NCBI GenBank assembly: GCA_017962175.1
Contig: JAGCVU010000248.1
Coordinates: forward strand, 2,514-66,513
Length of the DNA stretch: 64,000 bases
Source: Bacteroidales bacterium
GTDB lineage: Bacteria; Bacteroidota; Bacteroidia; Bacteroidales; UBA3824
Direction of reading: 5' to 3'
Below the pieces are notes generated by a model that was not told the origin of the DNA, ran no database searches, and was given only the letters and a program-made list of their open reading frames with translations. Made by a program: the position numbers and the translations under genes. The stretch's first letter is position 1; the number at the start of each line of letters is the position of its first letter. Below are positions 54,912-64,000 of this stretch, piece after piece.

Positions 54912-56942
54912 TTAAAGTGTAAAACCTAATATGGTAATGTCGTCGCTAAATTCTCCGTTGGCCCAATCCTCAAAGAAAGTTTTGAGTTGCTTGCGTTGTT
55001 CGCTCATAGAGTAAATGGCGTTTTTGGCGAGCATTTTTTTAAAGTTTACAGCCATAAGTTTGTGATTGTTAGGACCTCCGATAAGACTTGTGCAACCGTC
55101 GGTATACATATATATCTTGTCGTCGGGACGAAGAGTAACCTCTTGACACGAGAAACGGAATTTATCGGGCAACATTCCAATAGAAACGCTGTCGCCAAAA
55201 AATTCGTTGCTATCGCCCTTTCGCACAATCACCACCGAACGACGGGCACTGGCAAAATATGCGGCTTCTTTTTTATAACTGTAAACAAATATTGACAGAT
55301 AGATACCGTCGTCGCTGATTTTGCTGTCTCTGGCTATAGATTCTATTTGCGAAGCCATACGGTTAAGCACCTTGTGTGGCATAGGAATCGACTCCTCATC
55401 AAAATAGTTGTAAATGGTTTTGTCGAGAGTATACATCACAAGGCTCGACATAATAGCACCCGAAGCACCATGAGCATTACAGTCGCCCACAGCCACAAGC
55501 ACGTAGTTTTCGGTATGCTTTACATAATAGAGGTCGCCGCTAATCTGATCCTTAGCAAGCGAAAGATAGAAAAAGTCAGAAAAACCAGTTTTGGTAGGCA
55601 TACCCGCAATGGTCAGGGTCTTTTTGAGCGACGATGCAAACTCCACGCTCTCGGTAAGCAGTCGGTTGGAGTTTTGCAGTTCTTTATTGCTTGTCATCAT
55701 CTGATGATAGAGGTCTTCAAGTTGCGATTTATGAAGTTTAAGCGCAGTGGCTTGTTCCTCAATCTGCGATTTCTGCACAAGAATTTTGGTGTTTTTCATC
55801 TCCATCTCCTTGTTTCGGTCAGAGAGCTGAAGGTTGAGCACGTTGACGTTTTCTACCTGAATGGCAATTTCCTCTTTTTGTTTTTGAAGCTCCTCGTTTT
55901 TTCTCTGCATCTCGTTGTGCTGCTGTTCAAGCAGTTTGTTAAGAGTCTGCAACTCGTTTTGCTGAGTAAAAAACTTGTCGATTTGATTCGACAATATACC
56001 AAATTCGGTTGGATTGGTCTTCATTGGTTTCACAATTTCGGAATCTTGATCCTGAAATGCCACACCTATTTTCTTGAGCGGACCCAAAACCCTTATTTTG
56101 ATATAGATAATCAACAATATAAACACGAAAATACAGAAACTTGACACACCTATAAACACAGGCACAAAATTGTCGAAAAGTTTCTTCACCTCATTGTCGG
56201 ATATAAAATACATATACGACACGGGATTGCCATAAAAATTGTTGAGCGGTTCGTAAGTAATAATTTGATTCTGTTTGTTCTTTTTATTACGCTGAATAAG
56301 ATCTTCAACGGCAGTTAATTCTACCACCTTGCCCACACGGATATTACCGAGCGACTTGCTGTAATCTATCAAAAGCGAATCGCTTACCTGACACGCCATA
56401 ACAAGGTAGCCCACCTCTTTTTCCTTACGGGTAAGAATATCGGCACTACTAACAATGCCGGCTAAATAATATTGAAAAAGGTTGTCTTCTTCATCAAGGT
56501 AGAAAAATTCGCGATAGCAAGTGTCGGCAAAATTTGATTCAAGTTCGCTCCTTTTAAAAGTAAAGAACTCCGAAAATTCAAAAAACGGATCCCGGCGTTC
56601 GAATCTCACCTTACCATTGAGATCAATCACCTGCAAACAAGCCGCCTTATACGATTCGAGCATATAGCCGATTTCCTCCTCGATCCACTCCTCGTCGGGT
56701 TCGCTGAGGTATGATTTCAAATCGTCCCACGCGGAGTTTTCTAGAATTACCTTGCGGTTTACGTCCTCCTTGGAACGGAGAATGCGTGTAATAAGGTTGT
56801 CGCGCTGCTCCATCTCCTGAGCAAACAGTTTGTCGTTGTTATCTTTCTGAAACAGATAATACGCCACAAGGATTCCTGCGAGCAATATGGTGCCTATAAG
56901 TGTGATGGCCATTACGCCAGTTTGTACCGACCTGTATTTCAT
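54912..56942 (-). CDS. membrane-bound PP2C-type (SpoIIE/RsbU-like) protein phosphatase with CHASE4-like extracytoplasmic sensor and long coiled coil
   Basis: Two TM helices flank a domain of about 230 aa containing 'NSAWDDLKSY'. A coiled coil of about 130 aa follows. PP2C motifs are 'VGDCNAHGASGA', 'MYTDGCTS' and 'DDITILGF'. Confidence 0.8.
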   Translation of the reverse strand: MKYRSVQTGVMAITLIGTILLAGILVAYYLFQKDNNDKLFAQEMEQRDNLITRILRSKEDVNRKVILENSAWDDLKSYLSEPDEEWIEEEIGYMLESYKAACLQVIDLNGKVRFERRDPFFEFSEFFTFKRSELESNFADTCYREFFYLDEEDNLFQYYLAGIVSSADILTRKEKEVGYLVMACQVSDSLLIDYSKSLGNIRVGKVVELTAVEDLIQRNKKNKQNQIITYEPLNNFYGNPVSYMYFISDNEVKKLFDNFVPVFIGVSSFCIFVFILLIIYIKIRVLGPLKKIGVAFQDQDSEIVKPMKTNPTEFGILSNQIDKFFTQQNELQTLNKLLEQQHNEMQRKNEELQKQKEEIAIQVENVNVLNLQLSDRNKEMEMKNTKILVQKSQIEEQATALKLHKSQLEDLYHQMMTSNKELQNSNRLLTESVEFASSLKKTLTIAGMPTKTGFSDFFYLSLAKDQISGDLYYVKHTENYVLVAVGDCNAHGASGAIMSSLVMYTLDKTIYNYFDEESIPMPHKVLNRMASQIESIARDSKISDDGIYLSIFVYSYKKEAAYFASARRSVVIVRKGDSNEFFGDSVSIGMLPDKFRFSCQEVTLRPDDKIYMYTDGCTSLIGGPNNHKLMAVNFKKMLAKNAIYSMSEQRKQLKTFFEDWANGEFSDDITILGFTL

Positions 56943-57155
56943 ATTAAATCAATTTCTAACTTGGTTTTTACAATCCGTATAACAATAACGGTGCAAATAT
57001 CCCGTCTTTCAGTCTACAAATATACAAATTTTTATTCTTTTTTCGCAAATTATAACAGATAATTCGGAAAATAAAATTACCTTTGCCCCTGATTAATCTG
57101 CCGCAAGGCACATTTATATATTATAACTAAGCGAAACATAAACTTTTAGCATAAA

Positions 57156-60100
57156 ATGGGTATACTTTCAGGTTTCTTGAAAAAATTTTTCGGAGACAAA
57201 TCAAGTAAAGATATTAAGAAGATTCTCCCGATACTGGAGCAAATCAAACAGGAATACGCGTCGTTGCAATACCTCGACAACGACCATCTCCGCGAGCGCA
57301 CACAACAATTGCGCCACCAAATTGCAAAGGCTATTGAGCCTACAAACAACAAATTAGAATCGTACCGCAAAGAATTAGAGAGTCCCGAGCCGCTGAGTGT
57401 TAAGCGTCAGGAGGAACTCTACGACGAAATAGATGCTTGCGAAAAAGAAATCGACGAAATTGTTAAAGAGCAATTAGACCAAATTTTGCCACAAGCATTT
57501 GCCATCATCAAAGATACAGCTCGCCGTTTCAAAGAGAACGAAACAGTTGAAGTAACTGCCACAGATATGGACCGCGACATTGCGGCCAACAACGAAGCTG
57601 TGGTAATCGAAGGCGACAAAGCTATTTATCACAATGCTTGGTATGCAGGCGGCAACCTTATTAAATGGGATATGGTACACTACGATGTACAGCTCATCGG
57701 CGGTATCGTACTTCACCAAGGCAAAATTGCCGAAATGGCCACCGGCGAAGGTAAAACTCTCGTGGCTACATTGCCGGTATTCCTCAACGCATTGTCGGGA
57801 CGTGGCGTTCACGTGGTAACAGTAAACGATTACCTTGCAAAACGTGACTCGGAATGGATGGGTATGCTTTACCAATTCCACGGTCTCACAGTAGACTGCA
57901 TCGACAAGCACCAGCCTAACACATTGCAACGCCGCAACGCTTACAACTGCGACATTACTTTCGGTACCAACAACGAATTTGGTTTCGACTACTTGCGCGA
58001 CAATATGGCAATTTCGCCCAACGAACTTGTTCAGCGCAAACATATATTCGCTATCGTCGACGAGGTTGACTCGGTACTTATCGACGACGCCCGCACACCT
58101 CTTATTATTAGCGGACCCGTACAAAAAGCCGGCGACGATATGAAATTGTTTATGGATCTTAAGCCAAAAGTTGTTGAACTATATCAACATCAGAAGGAAC
58201 TTGTAAACCGTTTGCTTATCGACGCCAAAAACTATATCAAAAACGGCGACAAAGAAAAAGGCGGTATCGCACTTTTGAAAGCGTGGAAAGGCTTGCCCAA
58301 AAACAACGCATTAATAAAATTCCTCAGCGAAGAAGGCAACAAGGTGCTTTTACAAAACACCGAAGGTATCTACATCGCCGAGAACAACAAGCGTATGCCC
58401 GAAATCACCAACGACCTTTATTTCGTAATTGAGGAAAAACTCAACTCGGTAGACCTCACCGAAAAAGGTATCGACTTGATTTCTAAAAACGCTGAAGACC
58501 CCACATTCTTTGTGCTTCCCGACGTGGGCAGCCAAGTGGCAGAAATCGACAATTCAGACCTTTCTGACGAAGAAAAAATAGCCAAGAAAGATGCCTTGAT
58601 GTCAGACTATGCTGTTAAATCAGAACGTGTTCACACTATCAACCAATTGGTTAAAGCCTACACAATGTTTGAGCGCGACCAAGAATATGTGGTTATCGAC
58701 AATAAGGTAAAAATCGTAGACGAACAAACCGGTCGTATTATGGAAGGCCGCCGCTATAGCGACGGATTGCATCAGGCTATCGAAGCCAAAGAAAATGTGA
58801 AAGTGGAAGCTGCTACTCAAACATTTGCCACCATCACATTGCAAAACTACTTCCGTATGTACAAGAAGATTGCCGGTATGACCGGTACTGCCGAAACAGA
58901 GGCTGGCGAATTTTGGGATATCTACAAATTAGACGTTGTAACAATTCCCACCAACGTTCCCACCAAACGTATCGACGAAGAAGACCTTGTATATAAAACC
59001 AAACGTGAAAAATACAAAGCCGTAATACAAGAGATTAAACGTCTCCACGAATTAGGCCGTCCGGTGCTTGTGGGCACCACATCGGTTGAAGTGTCCGAAT
59101 TATTGAGCAAGATGCTCAGCTTGGAAAAACTTCAGCACAACGTACTCAACGCCAAGCAGCACGCACGCGAGGCTGAAATTGTGGCACAAGCCGGTCTCAA
59201 AGGTACAATCACCATTGCTACCAACATGGCAGGTCGTGGTACCGACATCAAGCTCAGCAAGGAAGTACGCGATGCAGGCGGTCTTGCAATCATTGGTACA
59301 GAACGTCACGAAAGCCGTCGTGTAGACCGTCAGTTACGTGGTCGTAGCGGACGTCAGGGCGACCCGGGTTCTTCACAATTCTTCGTTTCATTAGAAGATA
59401 ACCTTATGCGTCTATTCGGTAGCGACCGTATTGCTGCTCTTATGGACCGTATGGGTATCGAAGAAGGCGAAGTAATTCAGCACTCAATGGTAACCAAATC
59501 TATTGAACGTGCACAACGCAAAGTAGAAGAAAACAACTTCGGTATACGTAAACGCCTTCTCGAATACGACGACGTAATGAACAAACAGCGCGAGGCTATT
59601 TACAAACTCCGCCGCAGCGCACTCTTTGGCGATGGTATCGACATCGAAATCAACAACATGCTCAACGACGTATGCGAAAACATAGTTTCCAAATTTCACA
59701 ACGACGGCGACTATCAAGCATTCTGTTTTGAGTTGTTGAAATCGCTCGGTATGCAATGCCCCATTCCCGAAGACGAATTTTTGAAACTTACCGACGAAAA
59801 AATCGCCGACGTTATATTCGACACCGCTTACCAGAATATGGCCAACAAGATGAAGGTGCTCCGCGATCAGGCTGCACCCGTAATCCAGCAGGTGTACGAA
59901 AACGCAAGCAAACAATACGAATATATCATTGTTCCTATTAGCGACGGTCGCCGCGTGTTCCAAATTCGTGTTAACCTCAAAAAAGCATACGAAACCAACT
60001 GCCGCGAAATTACCAAGGCTTTTGAAAAAATCGTTATGCTTGTTACCATCGACGAACATTGGAAAGAGCATCTTCGCGACCTCGACGACCTTAAACAGTC

Positions 60101-60482
60101 GGTACAAGACGCACGTTACGAACAGAAAGACCCGCTTGTAATCTTCAAAATTGAATCAAACGGTTTGTTCGACACAATGCTCGACAAAAACAACAAGGCT
60201 GTGATCTCTACCATTATGAAAGGTCATATCCATGTACCCGATCCCGAAAACGTGCAACGTGCACCCGAGCCATCGCAACAGCGTTCACAAAACCAAAAAC
60301 TTCAGGCCACCAAAGCCGACATCAACGAACCCCAAGGCGGCAACCAGCAGCCTCAACAACCTCGTCAGCCCAAAGTTCAGCCTGTAAGAGTAGAGCGCAA
60401 AATTGGCAGAAACGACCCCTGTCCTTGCGGCAGTGGCAAAAAATACAAAAACTGCCACGGCAAGAATTTGAACTTAGATTAA
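57156..60482 (+). CDS. secA: preprotein translocase ATPase SecA
   Basis: 1108 aa. It contains '[14 protein letters not shown]', '[20 protein letters not shown]' and '[12 protein letters not shown]', plus the C-terminal zinc motif '[14 protein letters not shown]'. Confidence 0.97.
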   Translation: MGILSGFLKKFFGDKSSKDIKKILPILEQIKQEYASLQYLDNDHLRERTQQLRHQIAKAIEPTNNKLESYRKELESPEPLSVKRQEELYDEIDACEKEIDEIVKEQLDQILPQAFAIIKDTARRFKENETVEVTATDMDRDIAANNEAVVIEGDKAIYHNAWYAGGNLIKWDMVHYDVQLIGGIVLHQGKIAEMATGEGKTLVATLPVFLNALSGRGVHVVTVNDYLAKRDSEWMGMLYQFHGLTVDCIDKHQPNTLQRRNAYNCDITFGTNNEFGFDYLRDNMAISPNELVQRKHIFAIVDEVDSVLIDDARTPLIISGPVQKAGDDMKLFMDLKPKVVELYQHQKELVNRLLIDAKNYIKNGDKEKGGIALLKAWKGLPKNNALIKFLSEEGNKVLLQNTEGIYIAENNKRMPEITNDLYFVIEEKLNSVDLTEKGIDLISKNAEDPTFFVLPDVGSQVAEIDNSDLSDEEKIAKKDALMSDYAVKSERVHTINQLVKAYTMFERDQEYVVIDNKVKIVDEQTGRIMEGRRYSDGLHQAIEAKENVKVEAATQTFATITLQNYFRMYKKIAGMTGTAETEAGEFWDIYKLDVVTIPTNVPTKRIDEEDLVYKTKREKYKAVIQEIKRLHELGRPVLVGTTSVEVSELLSKMLSLEKLQHNVLNAKQHAREAEIVAQAGLKGTITIATNMAGRGTDIKLSKEVRDAGGLAIIGTERHESRRVDRQLRGRSGRQGDPGSSQFFVSLEDNLMRLFGSDRIAALMDRMGIEEGEVIQHSMVTKSIERAQRKVEENNFGIRKRLLEYDDVMNKQREAIYKLRRSALFGDGIDIEINNMLNDVCENIVSKFHNDGDYQAFCFELLKSLGMQCPIPEDEFLKLTDEKIADVIFDTAYQNMANKMKVLRDQAAPVIQQVYENASKQYEYIIVPISDGRRVFQIRVNLKKAYETNCREITKAFEKIVMLVTIDEHWKEHLRDLDDLKQSVQDARYEQKDPLVIFKIESNGLFDTMLDKNNKAVISTIMKGHIHVPDPENVQRAPEPSQQRSQNQKLQATKADINEPQGGNQQPQQPRQPKVQPVRVERKIGRNDPCPCGSGKKYKNCHGKNLNLD

Positions 60483-60489
60483 TATAGTT

Positions 60490-61047
60490 ATGAAATTTTC
60501 AAAACGTATTTCGATTCTATTTAGTACAGCGATACTTATCGCTGTATTAGAATCGTGCGGTCATGAGATAATTTTTCAAGAGGACACCCTCGGACCATAC
60601 GTTACTGTGTGCGTAGAAAGTTATCAGCCGTATACCGAAACTTTCAAAATACTTGATTCGCTCAAAAACGAACTCAAAACCATTAATGTAGAAACCGAAC
60701 GCGATTTCGGCATTTTTTACGAGCGCACCGCCGACCGCGACAAGTCGAAATATCACAGCATAGTGGGTTGCATACTCAAAGAACCCATTAGCAGCGATTC
60801 GTCGGTAATAATCAAACTTGAACGAAATAAGTTTATGGTGCGCACAATAGGCGCTACAAAATCAATGCACACTCGTTTGCCTTTTGAAGATTTTACTTCG
60901 CCTTTGCGAATTGAGGTGCTTAAAGCTATCGACGATTATATTCAGCAAAACAACTATCTACCAATACCAAACGGTGAAAACGGAATTATGGAAATATACG
61001 ACGGCAAAGACATCATTTTCTCTGCCGAAATCCGTCCCAGCCGATAA
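60490..61047 (+). CDS. hypothetical lipoprotein (possibly GyrI-like/SOUL-like small-molecule-binding fold)
   Basis: The lipobox is 'LESC'. The fold guess rests only on the pattern near 'IMEIYDG' and is weak. Confidence 0.4.
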   Translation: MKFSKRISILFSTAILIAVLESCGHEIIFQEDTLGPYVTVCVESYQPYTETFKILDSLKNELKTINVETERDFGIFYERTADRDKSKYHSIVGCILKEPISSDSSVIIKLERNKFMVRTIGATKSMHTRLPFEDFTSPLRIEVLKAIDDYIQQNNYLPIPNGENGIMEIYDGKDIIFSAEIRPSR

Positions 61048-61060
61048 ATATTCAATAGAT

Positions 61061-62956
61061 ATGTCGAACATCAAGAAATTTCTTCCGCTATACTCTACAA
61101 ATATATTCGGAGTTATCAACGACAACGCACTTAAATTTCTCGCCGCTTTCGTTACAATGAAATGGGTGAGCGCAGAACACGGTGCCACTATTGTGAATGT
61201 AACTGCAGCAGCGTTGGTATTGCCATATGTGCTTTTCTCACCGTTGGCAGGAAAACTACCCAAATATTTTTCTAAAATCAGAATTATTCGCACAGCCAAA
61301 CTTGCCGAATTTGCAATTATGCTGATAGCTCTTTTGGGTATTTACATACAAAACGTGTATATCACAGTGGCTTCTGTGCTTTTAATGGGATTGCAGAGTG
61401 CATTGTTTTCACCATCTAAATATGGATTAATCAAAGACATAGGTGGTGTAAAAGGTATTTCCGAAGGTATGGGAGGAATGGAGGCATTCTCATTTGTGGG
61501 AATGTTGCTTGGTGCAGTAATTGGTTCGTTTATTAGCGAACACGACAGCTTTATATTGTATTTTGGCGTGCTTGTAGGTATTGCAGCATTGGGCTATTTG
61601 TCGAGCCTCACCATCAAAGCCGACGAACAAAAATATGTGGAAGATTCATCGGCAAACCCGATAAAATTCATTATTTCAGCGTCAAAAATCACACGCAAAT
61701 ACAAACGTCTTCCCAGAGCAATACATTTGCTTTGCCTTTTCTGGTGGCTTTCGGCATCATTGCAAACTATATTGATGACCTATTGTCCCGAACATTTTGG
61801 AATGAGTAATTTTCACACCGGCTGCGTACTTGCAATTATGGCAATTGGCGTGTCGGCAGGATGCGTTATTTGCGGCAAACTCGACAAAACTCATTTCATG
61901 CTCGGACGTATCTACATGTTCGGCATCACATTGGCAATCATACTTTTTGTTATATACAAATACGAAATGTCGCAAACAGTATTCACAATACTGCTTACGG
62001 TAGTGGCATTTCTCGGCGGTATGTTTAAAATTCCGCTTGATGCCGAAATACAAAAACGAGTTGACACCAAAGAACTTAACATCGTTTTGGCATATTTCAA
62101 CCTACTTTCGTTTGTATACATATTCATAGCTTGCGGCACCAACATATTAGTAATCAGATTTTTGGGAGTTGACTATGTATTTTTAGTAATGGCGATTGTA
62201 TTCGGTTTGGCATCGTTTATTTTCATTTTTGTGTACAAGTCGGTAATAAGCGACTTTACATTGCGCAAAATGAAACTCCACTACAGATTAAAATTCGAAG
62301 GTGAAGAATGTTTAAATATAAATAAAGACGAAAACATACTTCTATTGCCCACACACCGCGCAGTAATCGACCCGTTGCTATTGCTCGGTTCGTTGGCACA
62401 CATCAATATTCGCCCGCTGGTTGACGAGAGATTTTTTAAAATTCCGTTTATCAACGGCGTATTAAAACAATTCAACGCTGTATCGGTTCCCGACTTGCGC
62501 AAAAGTCGCAAGGGTGTGGCTCAAGCTTTACAATTAGACTCTATTGTAACTCAACAGTTGCAAGAAGGCGGCAATATTTTGTTTTATCCCTCGGGACACG
62601 TTACAACTGATGGCAAGGAAACCATAGGAGCACGCCGTTTGGCTCACGACATTTGTTGCAAATTGCCCGAAAACACCCACGTAATAGGTTTAAGAATTTA
62701 CGGTCTTTGGGGAAGCCAATGGAGCCGCTACCAAAAATCAGCCACTCCAAACATTGTAAAACTACTTGTTAAGAGTTTCCTCTTGATATACTCCGGCGTT
62801 ATATGGTTTATGAAAAAACGCGATGTCAAGTTTGAATTTTTCGACATCACCAATCAGGTGAAAGAGTGGAACACACTTCCTAAAATGGAATTTAACCGCA
62901 AGATTGAAGAGTTTTACAATGTGTATCCCGACGGTGAACCGCCGTTGGTTCTTTAA
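61061..62956 (+). CDS. MFS transporter (LplT-like) fused to a PlsC-type acyltransferase domain
   Basis: The start is at the ATG (MSNIKKFLPLY); the 59 codons upstream in the track overlap the previous gene. About 12 TM helices are followed by 'LLLPTHRAVIDPLLL' (HX4D) and 'FYPSGHVT'. Confidence 0.75.
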   Translation: MSNIKKFLPLYSTNIFGVINDNALKFLAAFVTMKWVSAEHGATIVNVTAAALVLPYVLFSPLAGKLPKYFSKIRIIRTAKLAEFAIMLIALLGIYIQNVYITVASVLLMGLQSALFSPSKYGLIKDIGGVKGISEGMGGMEAFSFVGMLLGAVIGSFISEHDSFILYFGVLVGIAALGYLSSLTIKADEQKYVEDSSANPIKFIISASKITRKYKRLPRAIHLLCLFWWLSASLQTILMTYCPEHFGMSNFHTGCVLAIMAIGVSAGCVICGKLDKTHFMLGRIYMFGITLAIILFVIYKYEMSQTVFTILLTVVAFLGGMFKIPLDAEIQKRVDTKELNIVLAYFNLLSFVYIFIACGTNILVIRFLGVDYVFLVMAIVFGLASFIFIFVYKSVISDFTLRKMKLHYRLKFEGEECLNINKDENILLLPTHRAVIDPLLLLGSLAHINIRPLVDERFFKIPFINGVLKQFNAVSVPDLRKSRKGVAQALQLDSIVTQQLQEGGNILFYPSGHVTTDGKETIGARRLAHDICCKLPENTHVIGLRIYGLWGSQWSRYQKSATPNIVKLLVKSFLLIYSGVIWFMKKRDVKFEFFDITNQVKEWNTLPKMEFNRKIEEFYNVYPDGEPPLVL

Positions 62957-62959
62957 TCT

Positions 62960-64000
62960 TTATACCTCAATCGTAGAGAGCACTTTTACATCGCTGATTA
63001 CACACACTACTCTGTAGATTTTGCCGTAATAATTGGATACGGGATTGTAAGATTCTACAAGTGTGTAGTGTACATCGTTGATTTTTACCTCTTTTTTAAC
63101 CGTCTTTTGACGACCAAGGCGCAACTGCAACCAGAATTCATCGGTGCCGGTACGCTCGTTTTCTTGAACTGTTACATATGGATCTTCGCCTCCTTCTACA
63201 AACACAGCTTTGGGTTTTTGCAACAATTCTAACGCCTTTGTATTTACATCTATAACCTTGCCGTCGGGTGTATAGGTAATGATGTTAACAAGTTGATTGA
63301 TAGATTCGGCAGTTTGCTCGTATTCCTCGTTTCGCTGGGTCATAGCCTCTTGCGAAGCCTTCATAGCTTCCATATTCTGACGCATCTCTTCCTCTTGCGA
63401 TGCAAGTTCTTCCGACTGAATCTTTAATTCCTTGAGAAGTTTATTGGTGCGCACGTTGATTTTTACGGTAGCAATTGTAGATGCAATTGAATGTCCAACT
63501 TCTTCTACAAACTGCTGTTTATAAGGTTCTATCTCGTTAAACGAGGCAATTTCTGCCACAGCGTAAATATCGTTGTTGAATTTGAAAGGCACAATCAACA
63601 AACAATTGGGACTCTTTTCGCCGAGACCTGAAGTAATGTTGATATACTCCTCAGGAAGATTGTTGATGTAAATGCTCTCAGCTTCGAGAATGCATCGTCC
63701 AACAAGACCAACGCCGGGTTTCACTTTCTTTTTCAACATTTTGCGAATATTGTATGCGTAACCGGCTGTTAGTTCAAAATATACATCATCTTTGTCGTCG
63801 TCGTTGATAACAAACAGACCACCTTGGTTTGCGCCCACGTACTTAACAAGATTGGAGATAATGTTAAACGAGAAGTCCTCCATATCATTGTTGTACTGAC
63901 GAAGAATATCGCCAAACTTAGCACTACCAATGGTAATCCAGTTTTGCTTAGAGTCCATATCCTTACGTTTGGCATCCTCTTCTGAAGCGGCGTTCAAACT
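62960..64000 (-). CDS. GAF domain-containing signalling protein (N-terminus lies beyond the window)
   Basis: The frame stays open to the window edge. The GAF pattern is 'GANQGGLFVIND...VGLVGRCILEAESIYINN...LIVPFKFNNDIYAVAEIASF'. A coiled coil and a PAS-like C-terminal domain follow. Confidence 0.65.
   Translation of the reverse strand, partial: SLNAASEEDAKRKDMDSKQNWITIGSAKFGDILRQYNNDMEDFSFNIISNLVKYVGANQGGLFVINDDDKDDVYFELTAGYAYNIRKMLKKKVKPGVGLVGRCILEAESIYINNLPEEYINITSGLGEKSPNCLLIVPFKFNNDIYAVAEIASFNEIEPYKQQFVEEVGHSIASTIATVKINVRTNKLLKELKIQSEELASQEEEMRQNMEAMKASQEAMTQRNEEYEQTAESINQLVNIITYTPDGKVIDVNTKALELLQKPKAVFVEGGEDPYVTVQENERTGTDEFWLQLRLGRQKTVKKEVKINDVHYTLVESYNPVSNYYGKIYRVVCVISDVKVLSTIEV

Noticed and set aside
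56594-56605. The sequence ggcgttcgaatc, which resembles a tRNA T-arm/T-loop.
   Set aside because: It lies inside the PP2C phosphatase coding frame. The flanks have no acceptor-stem or anticodon-arm complementarity.
56943-57155. Possible oriC at the divergent PP2C/secA spacer. About 28 kb of mostly minus-strand genes to the left meet plus-strand genes to the right here.
   Set aside because: No sequence in the 213-bp spacer is within 2 mismatches of TTATCCACA or TGTGGATAA. Gene orientation in the left half of the window is mixed. A strand switch alone is weak evidence, and a genome-wide GC-skew analysis would be needed.
60884-61060. N-terminal 59-codon extension of the MFS-acyltransferase ORF, overlapping the preceding lipoprotein gene by 164 bp.
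   Set aside because: The extension has no transporter-like features and overlaps a plausible gene in another frame. An ATG at 61061 (MSNIKKFLPLY), 13 bp after the upstream stop, gives a normal MFS N-terminus.

Overview
This is about 64 kb of chromosomal, mostly housekeeping DNA from a Bacteroidota (Bacteroidales-like) genome. The phylum call rests on four things: a T9SS C-terminal sorting domain, TTTG/TAnnTTTG promoter boxes, scarce Shine-Dalgarno sequences, and DUF1573/DUF3108/DUF4159/GLPGLI-type proteins. Coding density is high, with about 50 genes. Recognisable core genes include def, ruvX, mdh, surE, corA, an ornithine carbamoyltransferase, purB, bioB-like, panB, nadC, folC, dnaA, xseA, a Wza/Wzc pair and secA. 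I found no rRNA, tRNA, CRISPR array, transposase, integrase or obvious prophage or defence island. Every call is based on motifs read by eye in the supplied translations and sequence; no database search was run. The region looks largely ordinary. The items most worth a second look are: (1) a tight five-gene minus-strand cluster (18423-23396) that joins three lipocalin-like envelope paralogues, one of them fused to a cytoplasmic TIR-like module, to a NapH/NapG-like polyferredoxin and a Tat-exported Fe-S aldo/keto reductase lipoprotein; (2) a roughly 148-nt corA leader with a 17-codon uORF and mutually exclusive GGAGG/CCUCC pairings that would hide an unusually strong SD; (3) a promoter-to-terminator unit in the panB-nadC spacer that looks like a small RNA; (4) an orphan 186-aa protein with a caspase/CHAT-like His...Cys arrangement; (5) an ABC-F ATPase with one ATP site degenerate in all three contributing motifs; (6) repeats upstream of dnaA and inside the redox cluster.
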